A stretch of DNA of 53,232 bases from Octopus bimaculoides (lineage: Eukaryota), in assembly GCF_001194135.2 (NCBI RefSeq), contig NC_068990.1, positions 2,073,979 through 2,127,210 of the forward strand, read 5' to 3'. The position numbers and the translations under genes are program-made. The notes beneath the pieces are model-generated. The model had not been told where the DNA came from and ran no database searches. It saw only the letters and a program-made list of their open reading frames with translations. Numbering within the stretch: position 1 is the stretch's first letter; every line of letters starts with the position of its first letter. Below are positions 51,452 through 53,232 of the stretch, one piece after another.

Positions 51452-51558
51452 AGCCAGTAAGCTGTCAGATTCGTTACACAGCAGGACAAATTCTTAGCGG
51501 GATTTCGTCAGTCTTTATGTTTTTGAGTTAAAATTCTGCCGAGGTCGACTTTGCCTTT
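51452..51558 (+). mobile_element. SINE family A 5' part
   Basis: GAGTTAAAATTCTGCCGAGGTCGACTTTGCCTTT. Confidence 0.7.
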
Positions 51559-51889
51559 TCTTATGTCGCAGTCACTGGAGTCGCTGTATTTGAGTTACTC
51601 CCACCGCTCAACTTGCTGGCATTGTACCAAAGTTTGAAAACAATATGAATCATTGAAATGAAGCTGTGAGTTGGCTGAGTGTTTATCGCACACAGCAAAA
51701 CTCACCGAGCAAACCGCCTTATGCCGATTGACTGTGCACTACTGTATATCATCCCTCAGTTTATACACAGACACAGATGCAGACTTACAGACACACAGAC
51801 ACACCCACACATTACACACATTAGTATGTGTGTCTGTATGTAACGTTCACCCTATGTCTGTTTGACAGGGTACGTAAATTATACATAGA

Positions 51890-51893
51890 TAGT

Positions 51894-51928
<35 letters not shown>

Positions 51929-51929
51929 T

Positions 51930-51969
<40 letters not shown>

Positions 51970-51973
51970 TAGC

Positions 51974-52005
<32 letters not shown>

Positions 52006-52020
52006 GAGGGAGATAGATAG
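51890..52020. repeat. Compound (GATA)n/(GACA)n microsatellite
   Basis: Tandem GATA and GACA blocks. Confidence 0.97.
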
Positions 52021-52203
52021 AAGCCCTCAGTACCCACGGTAACGGATTGTCTCAAACCGTTAAGTACGTATCAATGAGGTAAAAGAACGTTTAATGATGA
52101 TGATGATGATGCTGGTAATGATAGTATATGTGCATTTATGAGTGTTTCTATGTTATTCAAATAACGTTTTCAATAGTTTTGCTTTTCACCAGATTATTTA
52201 TAA

Positions 52204-52261
<58 letters not shown>

Positions 52262-53232
52262 NNNNNNNNNNNNNNNNNNNNNNNNNNNNNNNNNNNNNNN
52301 NNNNNNNNNNNNNNNNNNNNNNNNNNNNNNNNNNNNNNNNNNNNNNNNNNNNNNNNNNNNNNNNNNNNNNNNNNNNNNNNNNNNNNNNNNNNNNNNNNNN
52401 NNNNNNNNNNNNNNNNNNNNNNNNNNNNNNNNNNNNNNNNNNNNNNNNNNNNNNNNNNNNNNNNNNNNNNNNNNNNNNNNNNNNNNNNNNNNNNNNNNNN
52501 NNNNNNNNNNNNNNNNNNNNNNNNNNNNNNNNNNNNNNNNNNNNNNNNNNNNNNNNNNNNNNNNNNNNNNNNNNNNNNNNNNNNNNNNNNNNNNNNNNNN
52601 NNNNNNNNNNNNNNNNNNNNNNNNNNNNNNNNNNNNNNNNNNNNNNNNNNNNNNNNNNNNNNNNNNNNNNNNNNNNNNNNNNNNNNNNNNNNNNNNNNNN
52701 NNNNNNNNNNNNNNNNNNNNNNATATATATATATATGTATATTGTCTATGTTGTCTACCGTGTCAGTAAACAAAGTTAACCAATCTTCTCATACAGTTTT
52801 TGATTTAAATTGTATTGATTAAATATCCTTAATATAGGTGAATAATACTGCAAAATCTGTTTTCTCTTACGCAGTACAAAGAGACAATATTATTCATTTC
52901 GTTTCCGTAATATGATTTGTATTGCCATATAAAACACAGGAAGCTGTGTACAAATCACAATATAAACACAGGTCAAAAATATTCAATTACCTACGAACAG
53001 AGAGGAAGCGAAAAACATTTTAATGCAATCTTATATTTATTACAAAATTTGACTATTATGACTTATACGCAATATAGAAATAATATTTATTGAATAACAC
53101 CACTTGATTTGTTCGTATATGTATGTATTTAGATTAATATTCATATCTATGATTGTACGTATGTTTATGTATATATTTATATGTGTGTATCTCTCTTTCT
53201 CTCTCTCTATGTATATATATATATATATATAT

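Noticed and set aside
1064-52822. Dozens of ORFs rich in HT/YI/CV/X runs in the supplied track
   Set aside because: They are translations of (AC)n/(AT)n/(GT)n microsatellites or read through N-gaps.

Overview
AT-rich, microsatellite-dense eukaryotic genomic DNA with ten N-gaps, each next to a microsatellite. The SINE complement resembles octopus repeat families as I recall them, so a coleoid cephalopod is inferred, not proven. The only host gene I can support is on the + strand: three internal phase-0 coding exons (20808-20963, 33402-33545, 46833-46949) that splice in frame into 139 aa resembling, in order, the C-terminal third of CFAP65/CCDC108. They are separated by ~12.4 kb and ~13.3 kb introns, and the flanking exons appear to lie outside the window. 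The rest is largely transposon fossils: a TIR-bounded rosa-like Tc1/mariner, a TIR-bounded mariner, mariner deletion derivatives and a MITE, a fragmented pogo/Tigger, at least two Penelope-like retroelement (PLE) remnants, many tRNA-derived SINEs and a foldback element interrupted by a SINE. The most notable signal is a set of minimal type-I hammerhead-ribozyme-like motifs with palindromic helix III: one with an intact core (26935-26989), a pair inside inverted terminal repeats of a PLE remnant, a core-variant family, and several decayed copies. Most lie on the sense strand of the host introns. Nearly all ORFs in the supplied track are microsatellite, gap or repeat artefacts. No rRNA, genuine tRNA gene or CRISPR array is supported. 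Family assignments come from motif recall, not database searches, and repeat boundaries are approximate unless TIR/TA ends are stated.
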